Shown here piece after piece: positions 25,129 to 35,363 of a stretch of DNA of 64,000 bases. Under the pieces are notes generated by a model. That model had not been told where the DNA came from. It worked only from the letters and a program-made list of their open reading frames with translations, and ran no database searches. Made by a program: the position numbers and the translations under genes. Within the stretch, counting starts at the first letter, position 1. Every line of letters begins with the position of its first letter. The DNA lies in NCBI GenBank assembly GCA_965211635.1, contig OZ242948.1:2054938-2118937 (forward strand). The letters are read 5' to 3'. Source of the DNA: Dehalococcoidia bacterium (GTDB taxonomy: Bacteria > Chloroflexota > Dehalococcoidia > Bin125).

Positions 25129-27597
25129 TCATTGGGCTGCCCGTTCTGTCGCCCGTTCAACCGCCTGGTACGCCGCCCAGGTCTCCAGAACATATCGCAC
25201 ATATGACCTGGTAGATCGGAAATCCATGGCCGCGAGGAATGCGTCGGGACCAGGCAGCAGCGCCTGGTCTTCCCAGCGGGCGGCATTCCCCGGTCCCGCG
25301 TTGTACGCGGCCAGGGCGATTAGCGGCTCGTTCGAGAACCCCTCCATTTGTCGAGCCAGGTACCAGGAACCGAATCGGATCGCCAGCTCCGGACGCGCCA
25401 GATCGGTGTGCTGGTAGGCAATCCCCAAACCTGCGGCAATGTCAGATCCCGTTAGCGGAATCACTTGCGTCAAGCCCACCTCGCCTGCCAATCCAGCGGC
25501 GTCGGCGTCATAGAGACTTTCTCGTCGGATCAGCGACCAAAGCAGCAGCGGATCCAGTCCCTCCGACCCAGCGTGCAGCGCCATCACATCCGGCCATGGC
25601 TTGGGGTAGGCCAATCGCAGCAAGTCAACCGGCGCCTCGGTCCAGGTCAGGCCGAAGAGGTCCAGCACACGCTCCGCGGCTCGAGCCGAGGCCGACGTCT
25701 CATTGTGCGCAGCGAGGAGTTGCGAGGCTTCAACTAGCTCCCAAGGATCGTCAGCCAGTCGGTCAATCCACTGCAAGAGCATCCGGTCCGCGGCATCATC
25801 CCAACCGCCAAGACGCAACTCTTGCGCGGCAAGCCACTCCGGCGCAGTCTGTAGATCGATCACGGAAGGATCTGCCTCGCCGGTCAAGCGAACGAGCCAA
25901 TCGTCGAGCGAGATATCGAGCGCGTCGGGCGATTCCAGTCCCAGTAGCGATGCCGCCCGCAGTCCGAAGTAGCCGCCTGGATCGCTCTCTACTACTTGTG
26001 ACCCCAAGTCGCTGGCCGACTCTACGTCGCCGGCCTCCCGGTACATCAATGCCGACCAGTAGAGAAACTCCAGCCTGACCCGCTCGCCCCAATAGTCTGC
26101 TCCGGTGTTGGCGATGTCACGAAACCGCTGCGCCGCCTCCAACCACTGACCCCTGGCAACTGCTCGCAGCGCCCAGCGCCGCGCCGCTTCCTCCGCTCGG
26201 GCGTGCTGCGGATGCTCAGTCCATACTCGGCGCCAGTATTCCCCAGCTACCGACAGGTCGCCATCGGCGGCGGCGAAGTCGGCCAGCCGCATCATCGACT
26301 CAGCTGCCAACGCGTCGCTGGAGTCGCGACCGATCACCGCGACATAACCAAGGGCGGCACTCTCCAGGTCCCCGTTCGCTTGATGGATCGCTGCGATGTA
26401 GAACTCTCCTGCGACCTGGTCCGCCACCACACTCGAACCGCCCAAGACGTTCAACATTGCTGCGCGCGCTTCAACCCAGCGCTGCTCCTCAAAGCGAATC
26501 AAACCGACAGTGAGTTCATCCACCAGGACTCCGGCATCGAGCAAGAACGCTAGCGCTTCGCTGCTCTCGGGATACTCCCGATATCCCTCAACCAGCGTGA
26601 GCCAGACCTCGTGGGCCGCCTTGGAGTCGCCGAGTTCAGATTGCAGTCTCCCCACCCGACTGAGCGCGGCCGCCTGATCGTCGCGCCAGGGAGACAGGTC
26701 GATCAGCTCGCCATAACGATCCAGTGCGGACTCCGCGTCGCCGCCGATGTCGAGCTCGGTCGCCAACAGGTGGATCGCTCGAAGCCGATCCTGAAACGAC
26801 AGCAATCCACCGAGCGACCGCCCAACCCATTCGATCGACTCGGCGCTTCGGCCGGCGCGTTGCAGCACGCGTCCGGTCTCGAGAGCGACAATGGCCCAGG
26901 CGGGACTATCGGAGTTGACGTAGCTGCGCATCGCTTCGACTGCGGCGTCTACCTGATTGCGCATCAGCGCGGCCTGAGCCGCCAGTAGCAATCTGCGACG
27001 CTGCTTGTCTGCAGATAGCGACTCTCCAAGTTCCATGAGAGCGATCTGAGCGTGCTCAGGCCGGTTCAGCTTGAGCAACAGCCGCGCATGGTCAAGCTGC
27101 AGTTCGGTCAAATCATCTACCGGCAGCGAGGAGCCCGAGAGCATGGCAGATTCGCGTAGGTTCAGCGCCTGCTCCCAGTAGCCGTTGCGCTCAAGCGCGT
27201 CAGCTTCTGCAATCTGCAACCGCACGGGATCGACCGCGCTACGTTCTGTCGTGACCGAGTCCTGTCCATCCTGCGCATCTGACGCGGGCGGAGCGACGGC
27301 CTCCGGCCTTGTTGGGACGGCAGTCCGCGTCTGCTGCTCGGCCGCCTCATCGGCATCTTCCCCACCGCATGCGACCAGCAGGGCGGAGGCGCAGCAAGCA
27401 ATGAGCAACGATATCGTCAGCCGAAGGTGAAGCGCGCGGGCAAGCTCAGCCACGACGGGTAGTATCACATCGATCCCGCGATTTCCCCTGCCATCGCCCA
27501 GATTCACTGTAGCGCCATGACTCGACTCTCGGTGACCAATGTTCCGGCGCCATCCGCCACGAACTGGGTCGAAACCGATCTCAAGGCTGTTCGACAT
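25129..27597 (-). CDS. TPR-repeat lipoprotein with C-terminal lytic transglycosylase (Slt/GEWL) domain
   Basis: 822 aa. Lipobox LLVACGG near the N-terminus (true start probably downstream of 27597, since the ORF overlaps divergent alr). C-terminal catalytic region RRESLYDADAAGLAGEVGLTQVIPLTGSD...ALAAYNAGPGNAARW (SLT domain). Confidence 0.8.
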   Translation of the reverse strand: MSNSLEIGFDPVRGGWRRNIGHRESSHGATVNLGDGRGNRGIDVILPVVAELARALHLRLTISLLIACCASALLVACGGEDADEAAEQQTRTAVPTRPEAVAPPASDAQDGQDSVTTERSAVDPVRLQIAEADALERNGYWEQALNLRESAMLSGSSLPVDDLTELQLDHARLLLKLNRPEHAQIALMELGESLSADKQRRRLLLAAQAALMRNQVDAAVEAMRSYVNSDSPAWAIVALETGRVLQRAGRSAESIEWVGRSLGGLLSFQDRLRAIHLLATELDIGGDAESALDRYGELIDLSPWRDDQAAALSRVGRLQSELGDSKAAHEVWLTLVEGYREYPESSEALAFLLDAGVLVDELTVGLIRFEEQRWVEARAAMLNVLGGSSVVADQVAGEFYIAAIHQANGDLESAALGYVAVIGRDSSDALAAESMMRLADFAAADGDLSVAGEYWRRVWTEHPQHARAEEAARRWALRAVARGQWLEAAQRFRDIANTGADYWGERVRLEFLYWSALMYREAGDVESASDLGSQVVESDPGGYFGLRAASLLGLESPDALDISLDDWLVRLTGEADPSVIDLQTAPEWLAAQELRLGGWDDAADRMLLQWIDRLADDPWELVEASQLLAAHNETSASARAAERVLDLFGLTWTEAPVDLLRLAYPKPWPDVMALHAGSEGLDPLLLWSLIRRESLYDADAAGLAGEVGLTQVIPLTGSDIAAGLGIAYQHTDLARPELAIRFGSWYLARQMEGFSNEPLIALAAYNAGPGNAARWEDQALLPGPDAFLAAMDFRSTRSYVRYVLETWAAYQAVERATERAAQ

Positions 27598-28662
27598 AAC
27601 GTTGGGGTGATCGGTCGGCGAGTGGCCCCTGCGTCAGTCGCCGCGGTCGTCAAGGCCGACGGCTATGGCCACGGCGCGGTTACGATCTCTCGAGCTGCTC
27701 TTGAAGCCGGAGCCTCGCAGTTGTGTGTATTCACGATCCCCGAAGCTGAACAGCTACGAGAGGCTGGGATCGAGGCGCCCATCCTGTGCTTGGGCCCAGT
27801 TCTGGAAGGCGATCCAGAGGTCGCCGCGGGTCTCAACGTGGCCGTCGTGGTCGACAGCGCTGAGACAGCACAGCGACTCGCCGCGGCAGCGCGGACCTCG
27901 GGGACGCTGTTTCGGGTTCACATAAACCTGGACAGCGGCATGCAGCGCTATGGGCGGCCTTACGAGGAAGCGGACTCCCTCGCCAGAGCAATCTCCGCTC
28001 ACCACGAACTGGTTCTCGAGGCTGTATTCACGCACTTTCCCGATGCGACCAATCCTGACCAGGACGCAACGCTCGGTGCTTTCGGACGGTTCCAGGAGAC
28101 CGCCGACCGACTGGGCGTGCCGATACGTCACACTTCTGCCTCGGCGGCCGCATTCGGTCTGCCCCAGACCGGGTTGAGCTTCATCCGCGCCGGCATCGCG
28201 CTATACGGCATTGATCCTGCGCCGCACATGTCGGACACGGGCGCCGACGAGCTGCGGCCGGTGCTCTCCTGGCGCGCAAGGCTGCTCACTGTCCGCGAGT
28301 TGAACGCCGGGGAGTCAGTCTCCTACGGCGGCCTGTGGACTGCCGACCGTGACTCGCGGATCGGCGTGATCGGCGCCGGATACGCCGACGGTCTACGCCG
28401 CGCGAGCTCTCCAGGCGGATTCGCCCTGATTCGTGGTCGGCGCGCACCGTATCGCGGCGCGATCTGCATGGATAGCGCCATGATCGACGTTACCGAAATC
28501 CCTGAGGCAGCCCCAGGCGATGTGGTCACCATCATCGGCGACGATGGCGAGTCGATGATTCCGGCGTGGGATCTCGCGCGCCTGGTCGACACGATCCCCT
28601 ACGAGATCTTCACCAGCATCTCCTCCCGAGTCCCTCGCGTCGTGATCGATGCGCCGGACTGA
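27517..28662 (+). CDS. alr: Alanine racemase
   Basis: 381 aa, AAVVKADGYGHGAVTISRAALEAGAS (PLP-Lys motif VKAxxYGHG). C-terminal domain present. Confidence 0.85.
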   Translation: MTRLSVTNVPAPSATNWVETDLKAVRHNVGVIGRRVAPASVAAVVKADGYGHGAVTISRAALEAGASQLCVFTIPEAEQLREAGIEAPILCLGPVLEGDPEVAAGLNVAVVVDSAETAQRLAAAARTSGTLFRVHINLDSGMQRYGRPYEEADSLARAISAHHELVLEAVFTHFPDATNPDQDATLGAFGRFQETADRLGVPIRHTSASAAAFGLPQTGLSFIRAGIALYGIDPAPHMSDTGADELRPVLSWRARLLTVRELNAGESVSYGGLWTADRDSRIGVIGAGYADGLRRASSPGGFALIRGRRAPYRGAICMDSAMIDVTEIPEAAPGDVVTIIGDDGESMIPAWDLARLVDTIPYEIFTSISSRVPRVVIDAPD

Positions 28663-28735
28663 CTCGAAGTTCATGACCGCACCGCAATCGAACTTGTCGG
28701 CAACCCGATCCATTCCTAGGATCACGAGTGGAGAT

Positions 28736-29344
28736 ATGCCCATGACACTTGCAACCCCGCGTTCCCCGCTCAGCATCTTCGGCATCGTTGCCGTTGCTGC
28801 CGCTGTGTGCGCTCTCCTGTTTGCCGGACCGGCCGGCGCGAGCGAGTACCTGATCCAGGAGGAGCCCGAGAGCGGCGCAACGGTGGCGGAGGCGCCACAC
28901 CAGATTCTGCTCACGTTTGATCGCGACCTGGCGCAAGTCGCGAACGCGCATCACGTCCAGGTCACTGATGCCGACGGGGAACGCGTAGACGACGGTAACG
29001 TCAACATCTCCAACTACAGCCTGCGAACGCTGGTCGTTCCAATCCACGCCGAGGGCGACGGCATGCTGGAGGTTTCGTACGACGTGCTGCTCGTTGATGG
29101 CCATCAGAACATCGAAGTCGCTTCTTCGTACAGCTTCTCGATCAATCACGATTTCGCGCCGATTGAGGGTGAAGATCTTGAAGCCCTGGCCGACGAAAAG
29201 TCCAGCCAGGCGCTGGTGCTGTGGACCATTGCGATCTTGCTAGGCGTCGCGCTCGTCGGCGGCCTGGTCTACTTCCTGCGCATGGCAACGGGGAACTCGC
29301 GCAGTTCGCTCGAACCGACCAATCGCAGCGTCTTCCGCGACTGA
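28736..29344 (+). CDS. CopC-domain-like periplasmic protein with C-terminal TM anchor (putative copper-binding)
   Basis: ORF track 28649..29344. Likely start MPMTLATPRSPLSIFGIVAVAAAVCALLFAGPAGA (signal). Then a CopC-like beta-sandwich pattern (EEPESGATVAEAPHQILLTFDRDL...VQVTDADGERVDDG...) and a C-terminal helix LVLWTIAILLGVALVGGLVYF. Assignment tentative. Confidence 0.45.
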   Translation: MPMTLATPRSPLSIFGIVAVAAAVCALLFAGPAGASEYLIQEEPESGATVAEAPHQILLTFDRDLAQVANAHHVQVTDADGERVDDGNVNISNYSLRTLVVPIHAEGDGMLEVSYDVLLVDGHQNIEVASSYSFSINHDFAPIEGEDLEALADEKSSQALVLWTIAILLGVALVGGLVYFLRMATGNSRSSLEPTNRSVFRD

Positions 29345-29373
29345 CCCGAACGACTGGCGCGATCGACTGGAAC

Positions 29374-30078
29374 CTAGCCTTCGTCCTCCCGGTCAGTCTG
29401 GCCGCTCTGTCGCGCCGTTGGAATCAGGGGCTGCGCGTCGTCGTCTCTACGCGGCTTGCGCTCGGGCAGGTCGAGGACACGCTGTTTGACATCGGCGACA
29501 TCGCTCGCTGACGCGCCTTCGGCCAGCAAGATCGCTGCCACTCCAGAGTCACGCATCGCCTCAAGATCGCCAACCGAGACGTCGGGCGGACACGTGACGC
29601 CCAGCGGCGAGGACGCAAGCAGAACAAGGCGTCGCAGCTCGAGAGCCGACGAGAGAGTCAGCGGAAACTCCAGCTCCGGCGAGATTGCCGTTGGCCGCAA
29701 GCTGCCCAGCGCGCGCGCCTCGGACTCATCGACGCGCCGGTCGAGCAAGCGGATGACGTAGTCCACGTCTTCGTCGAGCATGGCGTCGGCTCGGGCATCG
29801 TCCAACACAAACGAGACGAACGAGGCGCCGCTCTCTTTGGCGTTGGCGACGCTGTCACGCGTCAGGACAACAAGCCGCGCGCCCCAGATGTCGACTCCTG
29901 CGGCCTCGATGGCCTTCGCGTCTGAGTCGCTCAGCGCGACGCAGAAGTCGGCGCCCTCGACGAAGCCTATGGCTCCGACCAGCATCGAGGGGTGCTGTTG
30001 CTCCACGGCGGCGCCGAAGCCCATGCGCCGTTGCTGGCCCTTTCGTCGATCCCGAATCGCATCTGCGAGCTTGCCCAT
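29374..30078 (-). CDS. Hypothetical protein
   Basis: 234 aa, acidic, no motif I can name. Coding-like codon usage. Confidence 0.4.
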   Translation of the reverse strand: MGKLADAIRDRRKGQQRRMGFGAAVEQQHPSMLVGAIGFVEGADFCVALSDSDAKAIEAAGVDIWGARLVVLTRDSVANAKESGASFVSFVLDDARADAMLDEDVDYVIRLLDRRVDESEARALGSLRPTAISPELEFPLTLSSALELRRLVLLASSPLGVTCPPDVSVGDLEAMRDSGVAAILLAEGASASDVADVKQRVLDLPERKPRRDDDAQPLIPTARQSGQTDREDEG

Positions 30079-30187
30079 CGCGTTTCACCTCGCCTCTTCA
30101 GTAACTGCCGGATGTCCACTCGATTAGAATCCAGCTTAATTCAGCGTCGGAGACACCCGTTCGGTGCGCCTCGTTACGGAGTGGAAC

Positions 30188-30625
30188 ATGGACTTAGGCG
30201 ACTGGTTGACGTCCCCCTTCGGAAGCGAGGTGCTTGAGTGGGCGCCGATTCCCCTGCGGATTGTGCTGGGCATCATCTTCATTGATGCAGGCCTTGGAAA
30301 GTTCCGGCGTGGAATTGGCGGATTCTCCGGCTGGCTTGAGTCACTCGGAGTTCCGTTTCCCAGACTCGCCGGTCCGGGCGTGGCGACGATCGAACTCCTT
30401 GGCGGCCTGCTGTTGTTGGCCGGATTGCTCGTGCCCTGGGTCGCGATTCCTCTGGCGATCAACATGATGGTCGCGACCTACGTGAACAAGTTCAAAGAGG
30501 GTTTGCCCTTCCAGGGATCGTCGGACAAGCAGGGCTATGAACTCGACGTTCTGATGGTCTTCGCTTGCATTGGGCTAATCCTCATGGGCGCCGGCCCAGC
30601 ATCGATTGATTCGATACTTTCGTAA
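30188..30625 (+). CDS. DoxX family membrane protein
   Basis: Probable start MDLGDWLTSPF... Four TM helices (RIVLGIIFIDAGLGKF, ATIELLGGLLLLAGLLVPWVAIPLAINMMVATY, LMVFACIGLILMG) typical of DoxX. Confidence 0.7.
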   Translation: MDLGDWLTSPFGSEVLEWAPIPLRIVLGIIFIDAGLGKFRRGIGGFSGWLESLGVPFPRLAGPGVATIELLGGLLLLAGLLVPWVAIPLAINMMVATYVNKFKEGLPFQGSSDKQGYELDVLMVFACIGLILMGAGPASIDSILS

Positions 30626-30708
30626 CCGCCGAGCACACCGAAGAGCACTCTCGGGATACGCTGACACGCGGCGTACGCGATTGCATGTGTGTCAAGGGAT
30701 TCCGATAG

Positions 30709-32928
30709 ATGGAGCGTTGGTCGGCGTTCGTCGCGGAGCATCCGTGGCGCGTGATTCTGATGTGGGTGCTGCTGGTGTTGATCGCCGGCGGCTTGATGAG
30801 CAGATTCGGCGGCGAGCTGACCGACTCGTTCACGGTCCCTGGCACAGAATCCCAGGCCGCCTTCGACCTCCTTGCGGAGCGCTTTCCCGCTCGCTCCGGC
30901 TCCGAACTCGTCGCGGTGTTCCATGCCACTGAAGGCAGCGTGCGGGACAGCGAAGCTCAGACGGCGATTGCGTCCTTCGCCCGTCATGCAGCCACAGTCG
31001 ACGACGTCGCGCTGGTCACGCTCCCCGATCAACGTCCCGGCAGCATCTCACGCGACGGACGCACTGCACTCGTTCGTGTGGCGTACGGCAAACAGGCGAA
31101 CGATCTGTCGCACGACAGCATCGCCGCAGTGGTCGAGTTTGGTGAGACGCTTCGTTCCGACGCCCTGCAGATCGACTTCACCGGCGAGCCGATTCGCGAG
31201 TATGAGACTGAAGAACCGGGTGCGGCTGAGCTGGTTGGCCTCGCTGCGGCCTTGATCATTCTGATCATCGGCTTCGGCTCGATCTTCGCCGCGGGCATGC
31301 CGCTTGTGTCCGCCCTGGTCGGGCTTGCAGTTGGCACGGTCGGGGTGTTCGTCGCGGCCGCGTCGCTGGACATCACCACAGTGGCGCCCCAGTTCGGCGC
31401 GATGCTCGGCATCGGCGTCGGGATCGACTACGCGCTCTTCGTGATCGCCCGCTTCCGCGAGCAGCTCGCAACCGGCGTCGATCCTCGCGAGGCGGGGCGC
31501 GCTGCTGTCACTACGGCCGGGCGCGCAGTTGCCTTTGCCGGCTCAATCGTCGTGGTCGCCCTGCTCGGACTATTCGCGATCGGCATTCCGCTGATTGCCA
31601 ATCTGGGTCTCGCTGCCGCGCTCGTCGTGCTGCTTGAAATGCTTGTCGCAGTTTCGCTGTTGCCGGCAATGCTGGTGCTGATCGGCCGTCGCATCGACAG
31701 GTTCTCGATTCCAGCCTTGCGCTACACCGCCGGCGGCGAACACGGGCGCTGGTACCGCTTCTCACGTCGAATCGAGCGCCGATCATGGCTCTACCTCGTG
31801 CTTGGCACGGTCATCCTGCTGGTGCTCACCGCGCCAGTCTTCACAATGGAGATGGGAGTCTCGGACGATGGCAATCGGCCGGACACCTACACCTCACGAC
31901 GCGCTTACGACTTGATCTCCCACGCGTTCGGACCTGGAGTCAATGGAGCGCTGTTCGCCGTCGTCGACAATCCCGATCAACGGCTTTCGCAGGGTGAGCT
32001 TGATGCGGTGAGCCAGGCGCTCGCGAGCACGCACGGCGTCGCCGCAGTGCTGCCGCCCAACGCGACGCAGAGCGGGGAAACCGCGCTGATCTTCCTCTAC
32101 CCGACCACGGCCCCGCAGGAGGCCGAGTCGCGAGAGCTCGTCAACCGCCTGCGGGAAACCGCCGTCCCAGCCGCGCTCGCCAGCGTTTCGCCACGCACGA
32201 CGATCTACATTGCCGGCACCACCGCCGCGTTCGAGGACGTGACGGCCAAGCTGATTTCTCGCCTGCCCTACTTCTTCGTGATCGTGATCGGTGTTTCCAT
32301 CCTGCTGCTGATGATGGCGTTTCGGTCCATCCTGGTACCGCTCAAGGCCGCGATCCTCAACATGCTCGCGATTGGCTCGGCGCTCGGTTTCATTGTCGTC
32401 ATTTTCCAATGGGGCTGGGGCCTGGAGCTGATCGGTCTCGACCGGACAGGTCCGATTGAGTCGTTCATCCCCATGTTCATGTTCGCCATCCTCTTCGGCC
32501 TCTCGATGGACTATGAGGTGTTCCTGCTTTCAAGGATCCGCGAGCACTGGTTGGAGACGGGCGACTCTGGGGAGTCAGTCGCCTTCGGCATTGGCGCGTC
32601 TGCACGGGTCATCACCGCGGCGGCGGCGATCCTGATCGCCGTGTTTGGCAGTTTCGCGTTCTTCGGTGACGAACGCGCGGTCAAGGAGTTCGGCATGGGC
32701 ATGGCGTTTGCGATCTTCATCGACGCCACGCTCGTGCGACTGGTCCTTGTTCCGGCGTTCATGCAGATCGCCGGCCCTGCCAACTGGTACATGCCTCGCT
32801 GGCTCGACAACCTGTTGCCGGGTCTGACCATCGATCCGCCTATCCCCGTCCGCACCCGCGTCAGGCGGATGCTTGGAGTCGCATTGCACATGGTCCTTGC
32901 GAGGCCTCAGAAGTCGGCGATGTACTAA
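30709..32928 (+). CDS. MMPL family (RND superfamily) transporter
   Basis: 739 aa. Two 6-TM bundles separated by soluble domains. N-terminus MERWSAFVAEHPWRVILMWVLLVLIAGGLMSRFGGELTDSFTVPGTESQAAFDLLAERFP is typical MMPL. Confidence 0.85.
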   Translation: MERWSAFVAEHPWRVILMWVLLVLIAGGLMSRFGGELTDSFTVPGTESQAAFDLLAERFPARSGSELVAVFHATEGSVRDSEAQTAIASFARHAATVDDVALVTLPDQRPGSISRDGRTALVRVAYGKQANDLSHDSIAAVVEFGETLRSDALQIDFTGEPIREYETEEPGAAELVGLAAALIILIIGFGSIFAAGMPLVSALVGLAVGTVGVFVAAASLDITTVAPQFGAMLGIGVGIDYALFVIARFREQLATGVDPREAGRAAVTTAGRAVAFAGSIVVVALLGLFAIGIPLIANLGLAAALVVLLEMLVAVSLLPAMLVLIGRRIDRFSIPALRYTAGGEHGRWYRFSRRIERRSWLYLVLGTVILLVLTAPVFTMEMGVSDDGNRPDTYTSRRAYDLISHAFGPGVNGALFAVVDNPDQRLSQGELDAVSQALASTHGVAAVLPPNATQSGETALIFLYPTTAPQEAESRELVNRLRETAVPAALASVSPRTTIYIAGTTAAFEDVTAKLISRLPYFFVIVIGVSILLLMMAFRSILVPLKAAILNMLAIGSALGFIVVIFQWGWGLELIGLDRTGPIESFIPMFMFAILFGLSMDYEVFLLSRIREHWLETGDSGESVAFGIGASARVITAAAAILIAVFGSFAFFGDERAVKEFGMGMAFAIFIDATLVRLVLVPAFMQIAGPANWYMPRWLDNLLPGLTIDPPIPVRTRVRRMLGVALHMVLARPQKSAMY

Positions 32929-33080
32929 CGCCGACTTGCGCGTAGATCGGTTACGGTCGGCCCCGCGCAGGCGGGGCCGCGTGGCGCTTTTCGGTCGAGT
33001 CGCCCCCGCCTGTGGAGACCTTTGCGTAAGTCGTCGGCCGCTGGGGTTCGGTGAGTGTTGCTGTCTGCCGACCAGAAACC

Positions 33081-33165
33081 CAGATGGATTCCCGCCTGCG
33101 CGGGAATGACGGAGTATGGGATTGCTCACAAGTCTCCCTGCGAGGGGGCGACTTGTCTGTTGAGC
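33081..33165. repeat. Repeat family A copy (GGATTCCCGCCTGCGCGGGAATGACGG hairpin) plus flanking GC hairpin
   Basis: ATTCCCGC-CTGC-GCGGGAAT perfect hairpin followed by TGACGGAG. The identical 27-mer recurs at 53768, 55610, 56284; inverted at 56141; variant at 48315. Confidence 0.65.
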
Positions 33166-33179
33166 TCAGCAGGGTCCGG

Positions 33180-35168
33180 CTACTCGCGCCGCTCGACCTC
33201 GATCTGCCACTCTGTAATGCCGGGCTCGTCGGAGCTGAGTTCGACGACCCAAGGGCCAGCGGCGGATTCGTTGCTAACGAAGATTGCCTGAGCCAGGCAT
33301 TGACCACCGCCGGCGCAAGATACGAGCACTCGTCCCTCGACAACAACGCTGCCCTCGATGTTGGTCACGGTCAGGCGACTCAGCGCTCCGTCAGCGCCGA
33401 TCACTGAGACGATGATCTCGAAGGAACCGTCCTGGTCTTCCACCAGCAAGCCGTTGCCGACCGACTGTGACCCCAATCCGAGCAACGTAGCCCGCAGTCC
33501 TGTGTCGTCGCCGATGCCCCGCAGTGAGATCGTGGGCGGAGGAGAAGGAGCCGGCAGCATCGCCGACATCATGGACTCGTCGTCCTCTTCCGTCATTGCC
33601 TCCTCGGACTCTCGTCCCGGCGCGCGTGGGCCGCTGATCTGCGAGACGGTCAGCAGGTACGGGCCGCTCGACGCATGAGATCGTTCGCTCACTGTCAAGC
33701 GGACGACGCCGTCCACGGTTGGCTCGATAGTCAGTTGGGAGTCAAGGTTGAAGGGGCCGCCGCCGCTGTCATCGTCGGCAGCGGCGATGCCAGCTCCCTC
33801 GATGGCTAGGTAAGAGTCCAAAAGCAGACTCTGCACCGACGCCTCATATACGCCGCCGGCGTAGACCTGTAGTTCGAATGTGTCAACGTCGCCGGCGATA
33901 TCAATCTGACCGATGAACGGCTCGTCGATGGCCAGCGATGCGAGCGTCTCGGCTTCCGCCTCGACAACCGACCGCAAGGCAACGTTGGAGCTGACCTCGT
34001 ATGTGGCCGGCTCGGTCATTGCCTCCGATGGCTCGCCATCACCCATCTCCATGGCCATCGCCATCTCGGGGGAAATGACGATCTCGTACGGCCCGGCAGC
34101 CTCGGTCGCGAGGGCGACGATGGTAGCGCCACTCACCAGGTTCGCTTCCTGTCGCAGCTCTCCTGCTCCGTCGAACAGATTCAGCGACGAGGGGGTCTCG
34201 GTGCGTACGGTGAGCAGCACGCGTCCTTCGCTCTCTTGCTCGGAGAGGAAGAGCGATGCCGACTGTCGACCTTCGGCAATGGTCAGGGTGTGCTCCATTG
34301 CGGTCACGACCGTCGGGACCGGTGCGGCGCTCTCTTCCATCTGCTCGGTACTCAGGCTGCGCGCGAGATCGCCGGTGGAGACGTAGATGCCAAGTCCGGC
34401 GATCGATGCGGGAGCGACGCCGATCACCGTACCCGTCGCGTCAACCAGGACCATGCCGGCGGTCGCAAGGGGCAGCAAGATATCGGTGCGCAGGAGGCTG
34501 CGCTGACCAGGCGTCCACTCGCTGATTCCGCTCAGGATGCCAGAGAAGATCGAAGGCAAGGCATCGGAGGAATCGCCGCTGGCGAAGCCAACGGAGTAGA
34601 CCGAGGAACCGGGCCGTAGGCTCTCGCCGTCGCCGAGGCGCGCGGCGGGCAACAGCCTGATGGTGGAGACATCAACAGGTCCGAGATAGGCGAGGCCAGT
34701 CAGGGCATCCTGTCCGAGGACCTGGAGCCCGTTGAGGATTTCGCCGTTGGAGAGCGAAACATCTGCTGACGTCGCTCCGCCGAGGGCTGCGCCGTCGACC
34801 AGCACCAGGCCTTCGCTGATCACCAGTCCTGTCGCGGCAGCATTGCCCGCCTTGACGCGAGCGATGCTGGGGAAGAGGATGCTGTAGGCGCGTTCGCCCT
34901 CGCCTCCACCCCGAGCGACAGGTGGCGGCGGTGGTCCTGCAGGCTCCGCGGGCGGCGGCGCGGCCGATCTGGCCGGCGGCGTCGCCGTCCCCGGCTCTGC
35001 CTGCTGAGCCTGCTGCTGCTCGGCTGCCTGTTGTTGCTGTTCCTGCTCATCTTCGTCGTCGGTACCAACCAGATCACAGGCGCTGAGGATCAAGGCGGAG
35101 GCGATGATGAGCGCAACCAGCCAGAGTCCGCCGCGGCGCAGACGTGTGGACAGCATCAATTCCTTCAT
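33180..35168 (-). CDS. Large secreted lipoprotein with trypsin-like (possibly inactive) region and pre-peptidase C-terminal (PPC) domain
   Basis: ORF track 33180..35312. Probable start MKELMLSTRLRRGGLWLVALIIASALILSAC (lipobox). Q/E-rich and P-rich linkers. PPC-like segment DIAGDVDTFELQVYAGGVYEASVQSLLLDSYLAIEGAGIAAADDDSGGGPFNLDSQLTIEPTVDGVVRLTVS. No clear catalytic GDSGG. Confidence 0.55.
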   Translation of the reverse strand: MKELMLSTRLRRGGLWLVALIIASALILSACDLVGTDDEDEQEQQQQAAEQQQAQQAEPGTATPPARSAAPPPAEPAGPPPPPVARGGGEGERAYSILFPSIARVKAGNAAATGLVISEGLVLVDGAALGGATSADVSLSNGEILNGLQVLGQDALTGLAYLGPVDVSTIRLLPAARLGDGESLRPGSSVYSVGFASGDSSDALPSIFSGILSGISEWTPGQRSLLRTDILLPLATAGMVLVDATGTVIGVAPASIAGLGIYVSTGDLARSLSTEQMEESAAPVPTVVTAMEHTLTIAEGRQSASLFLSEQESEGRVLLTVRTETPSSLNLFDGAGELRQEANLVSGATIVALATEAAGPYEIVISPEMAMAMEMGDGEPSEAMTEPATYEVSSNVALRSVVEAEAETLASLAIDEPFIGQIDIAGDVDTFELQVYAGGVYEASVQSLLLDSYLAIEGAGIAAADDDSGGGPFNLDSQLTIEPTVDGVVRLTVSERSHASSGPYLLTVSQISGPRAPGRESEEAMTEEDDESMMSAMLPAPSPPPTISLRGIGDDTGLRATLLGLGSQSVGNGLLVEDQDGSFEIIVSVIGADGALSRLTVTNIEGSVVVEGRVLVSCAGGGQCLAQAIFVSNESAAGPWVVELSSDEPGITEWQIEVERRE

Positions 35169-35363
35169 CTCGTCTCCCGTCGCTCTCTGGGCACAATCAA
35201 GCGCCAAGCCAGCAGCGTTTCCGGCCCCGCTCGGTGTCTGGGGATTGTTATCGGAGTGTATCCCACATCTGAATCTCGCGACCCCCCGGAGGAGGCGCGA
35301 TACTGACCTCAACGCGTACGAGCGGAGTACCCCACTGGGACTGGAATGGACAGGTGCGAGGAT

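Noticed and set aside
24989-25129. oriC / DnaA-box cluster upstream of rpmH
   Set aside because: No TTATCCACA-like 9-mers or AT-rich unwinding element are visible, and dnaA is not adjacent. Treated as a plain intergenic region (see the finding on the origin-type cluster).
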